DNA from: Chloroflexota bacterium
GTDB lineage: Bacteria; Chloroflexota; Limnocylindria; Limnocylindrales; CSP1-4
Direction of reading: 5' to 3'
Assembly (NCBI GenBank): GCA_003152995.1
Contig: PMBR01000089.1
Location: 45,893 to 109,892 of the forward strand
DNA length: 64,000 nucleotides
Part shown: positions 9,568 to 17,747 of the stretch, one piece after another
How the letters are laid out: the number at the start of each line of letters is the position of its first letter
Numbering within the stretch: position 1 is the first letter of the stretch
Program-made: the position numbers and the translations under genes
Notes under the pieces: model-generated
What the model was told of the DNA's origin: nothing
The model's input: the letters and a program-made list of their open reading frames with translations, nothing else
Database searches by the model: none

Positions 9568-11448
9568 TCACGAACCGACCGTTCCGCTGTAATACCGCTT
9601 GGCCAACGACCATGCCGCCTTGCCACACTCGGAACCGATCTCCCGGCCTGTGAAATCGTCCGCCTGGATATGGATCCCACCCCACAGCCGCGACTGGCCC
9701 GCCTGGTCCGCGGCGTCGTAGTACGTCGCCCACTCGAGGCGGATGTCCTTCGTCGGCCCGAGCTCGAACTTGAGCGAGCCGGCCTTGATCGTGTAGCCGC
9801 TCACACCGCCGGGGAAGTATTCGCTGCCGGTGATGCCCACCAGCACCTCGGCGGCCGCGCGACTGAACGTGCTGTGCCCCGAGACCCACGCGGGGAACGA
9901 CGGCGTCACGAAGGTCGGCAGCTGATACGGGACCCAATTGGCGGCCAGGATCCACTGAACCCCACCGATTTGCGTCTTGGGATCCGCCGGAGTTCCCGTC
10001 CAGGACCTGATCGCGACCTCACCAACGTGGCCGGCCAGCCCGGCATGTCGCTGCCCTGGCGCGCTCGACTCGGCGGTGATGACTTCGATGAGGCCGGGCA
10101 CCAGGGGCAGACCCTCCTTGTTGTAGGAGGGTCCGGTCGGGTCGCTCGACTGGCCCAGCCCGCCCATGTACCGGATCAGCGATATCGGCCGCGACGAGTC
10201 GTAGTCGCCCTTCAAGCCCCACGCCGCGATCGCGGCATCGTGGACGGCCCCGTTGACGGCGAGGTAGAGCTTCACGTCCCACTGGAGGCGATCGACCGCG
10301 GGACCCGTACCTCCGATCCGGAGGTTCGGAGAGAGCTCGTCGGAGACGAGGTTGGCAAGCACGTTCCAGTGTCCGGGCGGCGTTTCGGAATTCGGCCCAT
10401 CGGCCCAGAACTCCGCCATGACCCGCCCGAAGTCACCCTCGTTGACGACGTCCGGCGGGTAGGGCTGGCCCGTCGTCGGATTGACCGGATGCCCGCTGCC
10501 GTCGTTCGACCCGAGGCTGTTTCCGCCCCGCGCCCCGGGAGAGATGTCGATTGTGGCGGGGCTGGTCGGGTCCAGCATGCTGCTGTCGCGGATGACCTCG
10601 ACCTCCTGGTCCTTGAGGGTCTGGTCGGTCGCCGGATCGCCGAGCCGGGGTGGCGGACCCGGGTCGATCGGCACGCCGACGGCGCCCCCGTCGGGCAGCC
10701 CGAAGCTCTTCACATGGCCCCACTGGGGGCCGACATTCTGCTGGACGCCGTTGACCACCGGAATGCCGTTCTGGGAAATCATGTGCAGGATCTGGAGCGG
10801 CTGCCAGCGGTTGGGGTCGGTCATGGTCGTACCCGGCTGGGCGACGACGAGCGGTGGGTTGACCGACTTGTAGTCGGGGGCGGCGTATCCGCCAGCCTGG
10901 TTCGACCCGTCCGTCAGGCCATACGCGATCACGGTCTTGGCGATCCGATTCCCAAGCGCTGCAGGCGAGCTGCCATCGGTCGTGGTGACGTTCAGCGGAT
11001 AGCAGAGCGAATCCATGACATCGTCGAACTCGGAGAGCGACTTATCGGCTCCCACGGACTTGATGTAGCGGGCCGTGAGCACGCGGTAAGCCGCGTAGCT
11101 GATCGCTTCGTTGCGAGCCGCCGTCACGTCCGATGCGGTGTCCTTCTCCGTCACGAAATAGCCTGAGGCCTGCGGGTCGTATGCCGCCCACGCGTCCCAC
11201 ATCGCCGCCGACACATGGAACAGGTTCCGGGCGTGCACGGGCGGGTTCGGGAGTGCTCGCCGGATCGCATCCAGCAGAGCCTCGTCCCAGCGCCGGGCGA
11301 CGGACCAATCGGGGTTGCTCTGAACCGCCGAACAGCCTTGCGCCTGGGACCACGGGTGAACCGTGACTGCGCCGACGCCGCTCGCCACGAGAACGACCAC
11401 GGCCGCCACGGCCAGCGCCAACTTGCGCCTCGATCGGCTCGCCAGCAT
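9568..11448 (-). CDS. Secreted vanadium-dependent haloperoxidase / PAP2-superfamily protein
   Basis: GGAGGA RBS before ATG 11448; signal peptide; active-site motifs K-x6-RP (LKGDYDSSRP), SGH (FPAWVSGHS) and R-x5-H (SRLWGGIH). Confidence 0.85.
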   Translation of the reverse strand: MLASRSRRKLALAVAAVVVLVASGVGAVTVHPWSQAQGCSAVQSNPDWSVARRWDEALLDAIRRALPNPPVHARNLFHVSAAMWDAWAAYDPQASGYFVTEKDTASDVTAARNEAISYAAYRVLTARYIKSVGADKSLSEFDDVMDSLCYPLNVTTTDGSSPAALGNRIAKTVIAYGLTDGSNQAGGYAAPDYKSVNPPLVVAQPGTTMTDPNRWQPLQILHMISQNGIPVVNGVQQNVGPQWGHVKSFGLPDGGAVGVPIDPGPPPRLGDPATDQTLKDQEVEVIRDSSMLDPTSPATIDISPGARGGNSLGSNDGSGHPVNPTTGQPYPPDVVNEGDFGRVMAEFWADGPNSETPPGHWNVLANLVSDELSPNLRIGGTGPAVDRLQWDVKLYLAVNGAVHDAAIAAWGLKGDYDSSRPISLIRYMGGLGQSSDPTGPSYNKEGLPLVPGLIEVITAESSAPGQRHAGLAGHVGEVAIRSWTGTPADPKTQIGGVQWILAANWVPYQLPTFVTPSFPAWVSGHSTFSRAAAEVLVGITGSEYFPGGVSGYTIKAGSLKFELGPTKDIRLEWATYYDAADQAGQSRLWGGIHIQADDFTGREIGSECGKAAWSLAKRYYSGTVGS

Positions 11449-11629
11449 TTCCTCCACCCCGCTGACTACGTCGGCGCCGGTCGGCGCCGGTCGATTCTGA
11501 TTGGCCGTTTGCAAGGCCCACATTCACCCGAGCGGCTCGGTCCGGGGGCTGGGTCTCTTCTCCGGGCTCGGAGCCCGTGGGAGAGGGCACCCCTGGGCGG
11601 GCAGGTCCGGGATTGCGGCTATACGCCGC

Positions 11630-11652
11630 GCAATCGAATGTAGCATACCATT
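11630..11652 (-). promoter_or_regulatory. 23-bp motif copy 2, upstream of the haloperoxidase-like operon
   Basis: Exact match to 1173-1195, in the same orientation relative to the downstream gene. Confidence 0.7.
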
Positions 11653-11823
11653 GCACGCGCGGCGCTCAAGCCGTCGTAGGCGAGCGGAGCGGTCGTCCTG
11701 AGGGGTGCGGCCCGCGCCGGCCGCATCCAATCCGCGTCGCGAATGAGGCCTGCAGAAAGGCGCCATTCGACCCTGGCGCGGTGCGCGCGGACGCCTAGTC
11801 TCTCAGCGGAGGCGAGACCGCCG

Positions 11824-12384
11824 ATGCAGCAACTCGTTCAGTCCGACCGCGGACAACTGCTCGACCTGGCTCGGGCTGCGGTCGAGGCAGCGGCCAGGCG
11901 CGGTTTGAGGCCTGCCCTCGACGCGATCGCGCTCACGCCCGGACTGCTTGCGCCAGCAGCGGCGTTCGTGACCCTGCATGAGGGCGGCATGCTGCGCGGC
12001 TGCATCGGAATGATGCGTTACGACGTGCCCCTGTGGATCAACGTCCGCGACTCGGCGACGGCAGCGGCGCGGAACGATCCGCGCTTCGAGCCCGTCGCGC
12101 CCTCCGAGTTGCCTGACCTGGAGATCGAGATCTCGGTCCTGGAGCCGCCGGTTCCCCTGCCCGATCCGGCCATGTTCGAGGCCGGCCGCCACGGCATCGT
12201 CGTTGAGCGGGGCGAATCTCGTGCCCTCCTGCTGCCACAGGTCGCGCCGGAGATGGGCTGGGGCGCCCAAGAGATGCTCGAGGCCGTCTGCCGCAAGGCC
12301 GGCCTGCGGGCAGACGCGTGGCGGGATCGGGCCACGCGGCTGTATGTCTTCGAGTCCTTCTGCTTCGACGCCAGAGAGGGCTGA
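11824..12384 (+). CDS. amrA: AMMECR1-domain protein (AmmeMemoRadiSam system protein A)
   Basis: AFVTL..LRGCIG, DPRFEPV, EISVL, LLLPQVA, CRKAGL motifs. Confidence 0.92.
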   Translation: MQQLVQSDRGQLLDLARAAVEAAARRGLRPALDAIALTPGLLAPAAAFVTLHEGGMLRGCIGMMRYDVPLWINVRDSATAAARNDPRFEPVAPSELPDLEIEISVLEPPVPLPDPAMFEAGRHGIVVERGESRALLLPQVAPEMGWGAQEMLEAVCRKAGLRADAWRDRATRLYVFESFCFDAREG

Positions 12385-12479
12385 CTGCGCCCGAATCCGC
12401 CAACTGAGATCGCCTCCCGCTCGGCCGGCCGGCCGATGCCCGCGCGGCTGGTGAGGCCGGGCGATTGCGCCCCGCGCAG

Positions 12480-12497
12480 TCTTCAGGTTCTCTTCAG
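12480..12497 (+). promoter_or_regulatory. OmpR-family direct-repeat site TCTTCAG-N4-TCTTCAG upstream of htrA
   Basis: Perfect 7-bp direct repeat with 11-bp period; adjacent to an OmpR-family two-component system. Confidence 0.55.
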
Positions 12498-12567
12498 CGT
12501 GGCGGCCAAAGATGACCTTCATTCGAGATGCCCCGAAGATGCGCGGCATCCACTGGAGGTCCAGACC

Positions 12568-13704
12568 GTGTTAGCTTCGGGTCGAACGTCCAAGCGCGGC
12601 GTAGGCGCTTTGTCGGCATTTATCATGGCTGTGGTGCTCGTTGCGGCGGGGTGCGCGTCGACGACCGGCACAACCAATGCCGCGCTGGGCAACGCGGTCG
12701 GAGCCAATGGCGGCACCGTGCCGGTCGTTCTCCCCGTCGCCACTCCGACGCCTGGCGTCGCCTCTTCGACTCCTGCGGTCGGCCCTTCGACCTCGGGCGA
12801 CAGTTCCCTTGCCGACGCCCAGGCTCTGCAGTCGACAATGGTCTCGATCATCAAGCAGGTGACGCCATCCGTGGTCGTCATCGAGACCGCGAGCGGACTC
12901 GGCTCGGGCATCATCTACAACGCGGCCGGCGACATCGTCACCAACGCTCACGTCGTCGGGACGTCGAAGACGTTCAAGGTGACGCTCTCGAACGGCAAGA
13001 CCTACACGGGGACACTGGTCGGGAGCTTCACGGCGGATGACATCGCCGTGCTCAAGATCACCGCTCCGTCACTGACCCCCGCGATCTTCGGAGACTCGGG
13101 CCAGCTTTCCGTCGGCGACTTCGTCCTCGCCATGGGGAATCCGCTCGGGCTCCAATCGAGCGTGACAGAGGGCATAGTGAGCGCGCTCGGTAGACAGGTG
13201 TCCGAGCCGAACGGCAACACTCTGCCCGACGTCATCCAGACCAGCGCCTCGATCAACCCCGGCAATAGCGGTGGCGCGCTCGTCGACCTCAACGGTCACG
13301 TCGTCGGCATCCCGACGTTGGGCGCCACGGATCCACAGGTGGGCGGCAGCGCACCTGGAATCGGCTTTGCCATCTCGAGCAACCGAGCGCGGACGATCGC
13401 CGACCAGCTGATCGCAAGCGGCAAGGTCACCAGTTCGGGCCGCGCCTACATGGGCGTCGAGATCGCCGACACGACCAACGGCATCGGTGTCGTCACCGTC
13501 ACCGCAGGATCGCCGGCGGCCAAGGCGGGGATCGTGGCCGGCGACCTGATCATCTCCGTCGACGGCCAGGCCACTCCGACCAGCGACTCACTCTCGCAAG
13601 TGCTCATCACACTTTCGCCGGGCAAGGTCACCTCGGTTGTGGTCCAGCACGCGGACGGAACCAAGTCGACCCTCAGTTTGACCCTCGGCCAGCTGCCTGG
13701 TTGA
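12568..13704 (+). CDS. HtrA/DegP-family serine protease with one PDZ domain, lipoprotein-like
   Basis: GGAGGT RBS + GTG; TNAHVV, DIAVLK, INPGNSGG triad motifs; C-terminal PDZ (GSPAAKAGIVAGDLI). Confidence 0.93.
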   Translation: MLASGRTSKRGVGALSAFIMAVVLVAAGCASTTGTTNAALGNAVGANGGTVPVVLPVATPTPGVASSTPAVGPSTSGDSSLADAQALQSTMVSIIKQVTPSVVVIETASGLGSGIIYNAAGDIVTNAHVVGTSKTFKVTLSNGKTYTGTLVGSFTADDIAVLKITAPSLTPAIFGDSGQLSVGDFVLAMGNPLGLQSSVTEGIVSALGRQVSEPNGNTLPDVIQTSASINPGNSGGALVDLNGHVVGIPTLGATDPQVGGSAPGIGFAISSNRARTIADQLIASGKVTSSGRAYMGVEIADTTNGIGVVTVTAGSPAAKAGIVAGDLIISVDGQATPTSDSLSQVLITLSPGKVTSVVVQHADGTKSTLSLTLGQLPG

Positions 13705-13741
13705 AGCCGAGTCGGTCTGGCGGCCCCGTCCGGCGGCCAGG

Positions 13742-14995
13742 TCAGCCGGCCGTCCGGATCGGCAGGTCGAAGCGGATCGCAGTCCCGCCCGCGGCGGGGC
13801 GCTCGGCGCGGATCGTGCCGCCGTGGGCCTCGACCAGACGGCGCGCGATCGCTAGACCCAGCCCGGAGCCTCGCGACTCGGCCGACCTGGCGAAGCGATC
13901 GAACAGATGAGGCAGCACCTCCGGCGCGATTCCCGGCCCACCGTCGACCACGGAGAGAGTGATCCGGTCGACTCCGGGCTCCGCGGCAATCAGGATGTCG
14001 CTGCCGGCGGGGGCGTAGCGCAGTGCATTGGCAACGAGATTGCCGATCACCTGGCGTATGCGCAGCGGATCGAGCTCAACCAGGGGCAAGCTGTCCGGCG
14101 TCTCGACTCGGAGCCGGACGCGCGCCTGGGCCGCCAGCGCTTCGAACGAAGCCGCCACCTCGTGCGCCAGAACCGACAAGTCGGTCGTCTCGCGATGGAG
14201 GGCAAGGGTGCCGGCCTCGGCGAGAGCCAGCGTCCGGAGGTCTTCTACGAGGCCGGTCAGCATTCGGATCTCGTCCACCGCCAGTGACAGGTGCGCTTCG
14301 TCGGTCGGGTGGACGCCGTCGATCATGGCCTCGAGCTCGCCCTGCAGAACCGCCAGCGGCGTGCGCAGCTCGTGACTCACGTCCGCCAGGAGCGTGCGGC
14401 GCTGCCGCTCATCGTCTTCGATCCGTGCGGCCATGGCGTTGAAGGCCTGGACCAGCGACCTCAGCTCGCGCGGGCCGCGGCGGTACTCGGGCACTCGGGC
14501 CGAATAGTCGCCGGCCTCGAGCCTGCCGGCAGCTTCGATCAGATCGCCGAACGGCATAGCGAAGCGCCGCGCGCTGCCCGCAATTCCGGCGACGGCGAGG
14601 ATCAGGATCAGCACGAACGCGGCCGCGAGAAACCCTCTGCTGGGCGCCGGCAGACCCAGCGCCGCCAGAATCTGCCCCAGTGTGATCAGCGGACCGCCTA
14701 TGACCAAGGCAAGGAGTAGCGAGATGCCGATCGCGAAGCGGACGAAGAATCGGCGCCGCACGCGACGCCACGGGAACTCACCGACCGGTGGCCACGGTTC
14801 GTCGGCCGGCCACCAGCCGGGTTTGTCGTGGGGCCGCTCTCGCCAGGGGCGGCCGCGCTCGAAGTGATGGCGCGAATACCCGTGCCTGGGTCCGGTCTGT
14901 GGCCGGGTCTGAGGTCCGGGCATCCACGTGCCTCGCGGCTCGCGTCGTGGGCCGTCTGCCGCGCCGTCCGGACACTCGTTGTCGAGGCCGCTCAC
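13742..14995 (-). CDS. Sensor histidine kinase (2 TM, HAMP, HisKA, HATPase; BaeS-like)
   Basis: H-box DVSHELRTPL, N-box NLVANALRY, DGGPGI, GSGLGLAI. Confidence 0.93.
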   Translation of the reverse strand: MSGLDNECPDGAADGPRREPRGTWMPGPQTRPQTGPRHGYSRHHFERGRPWRERPHDKPGWWPADEPWPPVGEFPWRRVRRRFFVRFAIGISLLLALVIGGPLITLGQILAALGLPAPSRGFLAAAFVLILILAVAGIAGSARRFAMPFGDLIEAAGRLEAGDYSARVPEYRRGPRELRSLVQAFNAMAARIEDDERQRRTLLADVSHELRTPLAVLQGELEAMIDGVHPTDEAHLSLAVDEIRMLTGLVEDLRTLALAEAGTLALHRETTDLSVLAHEVAASFEALAAQARVRLRVETPDSLPLVELDPLRIRQVIGNLVANALRYAPAGSDILIAAEPGVDRITLSVVDGGPGIAPEVLPHLFDRFARSAESRGSGLGLAIARRLVEAHGGTIRAERPAAGGTAIRFDLPIRTAG

Positions 14996-15678
14996 TCACG
15001 TTCCTCGGCGAAGCGGTAGCCGACGCCGTACACGGTCTGGACATAGCGCGGGCGGCTCGGATCCGGCTCGAGCTTGCGGCGCAAGTTCTTGACGTGGGCG
15101 TCGATGGCCCGCTCGTACGACTCGAAGGCGAGGCCGTGGATGGCGTCGAGCAGCTGCGATCGGGTGAAGATTCGACCGGGCTGGCGCGCCAGGGCGACCA
15201 GGAGCTGGAATTCGGTCGGGGTCAGTTCGACGGTTCGACCATCGACATCGACGCGCATTCGGGCGATGTCGATCGAGACGCCGGACGCCTCGATTCGATC
15301 GCCGGGTTCACTCTCGCGGTCGATCCGCCGCAGAACCGCCCGAATTCGAGCCACGAGTTCGCGCGGGCTGAACGGCTTGGTGACGTAGTCGTCGGCGCCG
15401 ATCTCGAGGCCGAGCACGCGATCCAGCTCGTCGTCGCGTGCGGTGAGCATGATGATCGGCAGGGTGGAGTCGCGCCGGATGGCCCGGGCGACATCCAGGC
15501 CGTCCATCCCGGGCAGGCCCAGGTCAAGCACCAGCAGATCGGGCTTCCTGGCGCGCGCGGCTTTTAGCGCGGAGGGCCCGTCGACCGCGGTGAGCACGGC
15601 AAAGCCGGCGTGCTCGAGGTAGTCGCGAGCAAGCTCCACGATGCGAGGTTCGTCGTCGACGACCAGAACGGTTTTCAC
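14992..15678 (-). CDS. OmpR-family response regulator
   Basis: VLVVDDE, LLVLDLGLPGMDG, GADDYVTKPFS, winged-helix QTVYGVGYRF; overlaps the kinase start. Confidence 0.95.
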   Translation of the reverse strand: MKTVLVVDDEPRIVELARDYLEHAGFAVLTAVDGPSALKAARARKPDLLVLDLGLPGMDGLDVARAIRRDSTLPIIMLTARDDELDRVLGLEIGADDYVTKPFSPRELVARIRAVLRRIDRESEPGDRIEASGVSIDIARMRVDVDGRTVELTPTEFQLLVALARQPGRIFTRSQLLDAIHGLAFESYERAIDAHVKNLRRKLEPDPSRPRYVQTVYGVGYRFAEERE

Positions 15679-15844
15679 GGTGGCCTCATCGTACGGCGCC
15701 GCGCGGTGGCGGGGCAGATGAAACGTCGGTCGTCGTGGACGAGGCCGTGAAGGGCGATGAAGACGGCGAAGGCGCGGGGCAGGAGCCCGGCATCCGGGGC
15801 TCCTGCCTCCCGACTCTCCGCAGGCGCTGCGGGGAGTGATCCGG

Positions 15845-16318
15845 TCATCGGGGTTGGCCGCCTTGCGGTGAGGTGCCGGCCGCGGGCGGCTCGGCTTCAT
15901 GAGCCCGGCGATGCCAGTCGTCGAACGCCGCCTGCCGAGCCGAATGCCAGCGCCCCTCGTGCCGGCCCCAGCCGCCGGAACCACCGGGACCGCCCGTACC
16001 GCCGCGGCCGACTGGGTCACCGGGGCCGCCAGGACCGCCGGGGCCGCCGGGCCCGCCGCGGTCCCAACCGCCATGGGCGCCGCCCCAGAACGCGAACCGC
16101 ATCACCCGGAAGATGATCACAAGGATCAACACGGTGACCACGAGGCCGACGATGCCGGACGCCCCGAAGGCCCCGCCGTAGACCCACGGCGAGACGTTCG
16201 TTGCGCTGCTCCCGGCGCCGGCCACGAAGCCGGCACTGTATGCGCCCGCCGTAAGCGCGGCGACGACGCCGATCACGATCAGGGCCCCAAGAAGACGGAA
16301 ACCGCCTCCGTGTCTCAT
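15845..16318 (-). CDS. Small 2-TM membrane protein with Gly/Pro-rich tail
   Basis: GGAG RBS; two hydrophobic helices; GGPGGP repeats and a terminal FDDWHRRAH motif. Confidence 0.75.
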   Translation of the reverse strand: MRHGGGFRLLGALIVIGVVAALTAGAYSAGFVAGAGSSATNVSPWVYGGAFGASGIVGLVVTVLILVIIFRVMRFAFWGGAHGGWDRGGPGGPGGPGGPGDPVGRGGTGGPGGSGGWGRHEGRWHSARQAAFDDWHRRAHEAEPPAAGTSPQGGQPR

Positions 16319-16406
16319 TTCAACTCCTACCAACGCGCCCCCGAATCTGGTTTCCGGTTGGCCGGGGGCGCATGGCCAACTTCGACCCTCAGGCTGATCG
16401 CCGCGT

Positions 16407-16422
16407 GTGAAGGACTCGTGAA
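16407..16422 (-). promoter_or_regulatory. Direct repeat TTCAC-N6-TTCAC (candidate response-regulator site)
   Basis: GTGAA at 16407 and 16418 (11-bp period), upstream of the membrane protein/RR/HK operon. Confidence 0.4.
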
Positions 16423-16479
16423 CGTGACCCGGAGGAGTGGTGAGGGCGGCATGGCGCAGCCGGCCGATGCGGCCCGATC

Positions 16480-16540
16480 TTGACCCCGGCGCATCGACAC
16501 GATAAATTCACCGAGCGCTGAGTTCAGCGAGCGATGAATT
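16480..16540 (+). promoter_or_regulatory. Sigma70 promoter (TTGACC-17 bp-TAAATT) with two tandem palindromic TetR-type operators
   Basis: TTCACCGAGCGCTGAG at 16507-16522 and TTCAGCGAGCGATGAA at 16523-16538; the operon ends in a TetR gene. Confidence 0.65.
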
Positions 16541-16607
16541 ACGTCGGCCGGGCCATTGGGTCCGCACGACGGGCGCGAGACGGATCGGCCGGAAAGGGAT
16601 CTCGACG

Positions 16608-17747
16608 ATGTGGGCGATGGCGGCCAAGGAATTTCGCGAGCTGAGCCGGGACAGGCGCACGGTGGCGATGCTGGTCGCGCTGCCGCTCCTGCTGCTCATT
16701 GTTTTCGGCTATGCGGCTACCTTCGATGTGAGCACGATCAAGACGATCGTCGTGGGGCCGCAGGCTCAGCAGCTCGCGACCGTGGCCGGGGGCATGGCCA
16801 ACTCGCCGTTCGACATCGTGGCCATCCGGCCCGCTGACGGAGAGGCCCAGGCCGAGGATGCCCTGCGGCGCGGAGAGGCGACCGTCGTGATCGTGGCCGA
16901 TCTTCACAGCCCCGCCATCCTGATCGACGGCGCCGACCTGTTCGGGGCCAAAGCCGCCGTCGCCACCTTCGCCAACCTGTCGAGCCGCGCCGGGTCAGGC
17001 CTGGGGTCCGGCTCGGCCGGCATCCTCCCGATCGCGCTTCCCACTCCGCGTATCCTCTTCAACCCGGATCTCAAGACCAGCACCGTCATGGTCCCGGCCC
17101 TGGCCGGCATGATCCTGGTCTTCATCGGCACGATCGCGACCAGCCTCGGAGTGGTCCGCGAGCGCCAGACGGGCACGCTCGAACAACTCGCCGTCATGCC
17201 GTTTCGGCCGGCCGACATCTTCGTCGGCAAGGTCTTGCCCTATCTCGTGCTCGCAATCGTCGACATGACTCTGGTGATCGGCGCCGGAATGCTCATCTTC
17301 GGCGTCCCGTTCAACGGCAACCCGCTGGTTTTCGCCCTCGGCGCGGCGCTCTTCCTCTTTGTGACCCTCGGCCTGGGCGTGCTCGTCTCGACGGTTTCGG
17401 AAACTCAGGGTCAGGCCATCCAGCTGGCCATGATGACGATGCTGCCGCAAATCCTTCTCTCGGGGCTGATCTTCCCGCTCGACTCGATCGCCTGGGGCGT
17501 CCGCTGGATTGCCTACTTCCTACCTCTCACCTACTTCGTCGAGATCGCCCGCGGTGTGCTCGTCCGCGGAGCGCCGATCGATGCCCTGATCGCGCCGATG
17601 GTCGCGCTGGCGATCCTCGGGACGCTCGTCTTCGGTCTGTCGGTGCTGCGCTTCCGGCGGGATCTGGCGCCGGCCGGATCGGGCGCCCGACGGAAGAGCA
17701 AGGACCAGGAGACGGATGCGGCAAAAGGGACGGAAGGTGCCGCATGA
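16608..17747 (+). CDS. ABC-2 type exporter permease
   Basis: KEFRELSRDRRT, VRERQTGTLEQL, LLSGLIFP, PLTYF. Confidence 0.9.
   Translation: MWAMAAKEFRELSRDRRTVAMLVALPLLLLIVFGYAATFDVSTIKTIVVGPQAQQLATVAGGMANSPFDIVAIRPADGEAQAEDALRRGEATVVIVADLHSPAILIDGADLFGAKAAVATFANLSSRAGSGLGSGSAGILPIALPTPRILFNPDLKTSTVMVPALAGMILVFIGTIATSLGVVRERQTGTLEQLAVMPFRPADIFVGKVLPYLVLAIVDMTLVIGAGMLIFGVPFNGNPLVFALGAALFLFVTLGLGVLVSTVSETQGQAIQLAMMTMLPQILLSGLIFPLDSIAWGVRWIAYFLPLTYFVEIARGVLVRGAPIDALIAPMVALAILGTLVFGLSVLRFRRDLAPAGSGARRKSKDQETDAAKGTEGAA

Noticed and set aside
9538..11166. 542-aa plus-strand ORF, and similar long antisense ORFs such as 39822-41471, 53765-55396, 55439-56977 and 60672-62057
   Set aside because: Each overlaps a well-supported gene on the opposite strand and has Arg/Gly/Ala-rich nonsense composition
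1173..11652. The 23-bp direct repeat as att sites or a target duplication of an integrated element
   Set aside because: No integrase, transposase or tRNA; both copies sit at promoter positions and a partial third copy is inverted in another promoter, which favours a regulatory role
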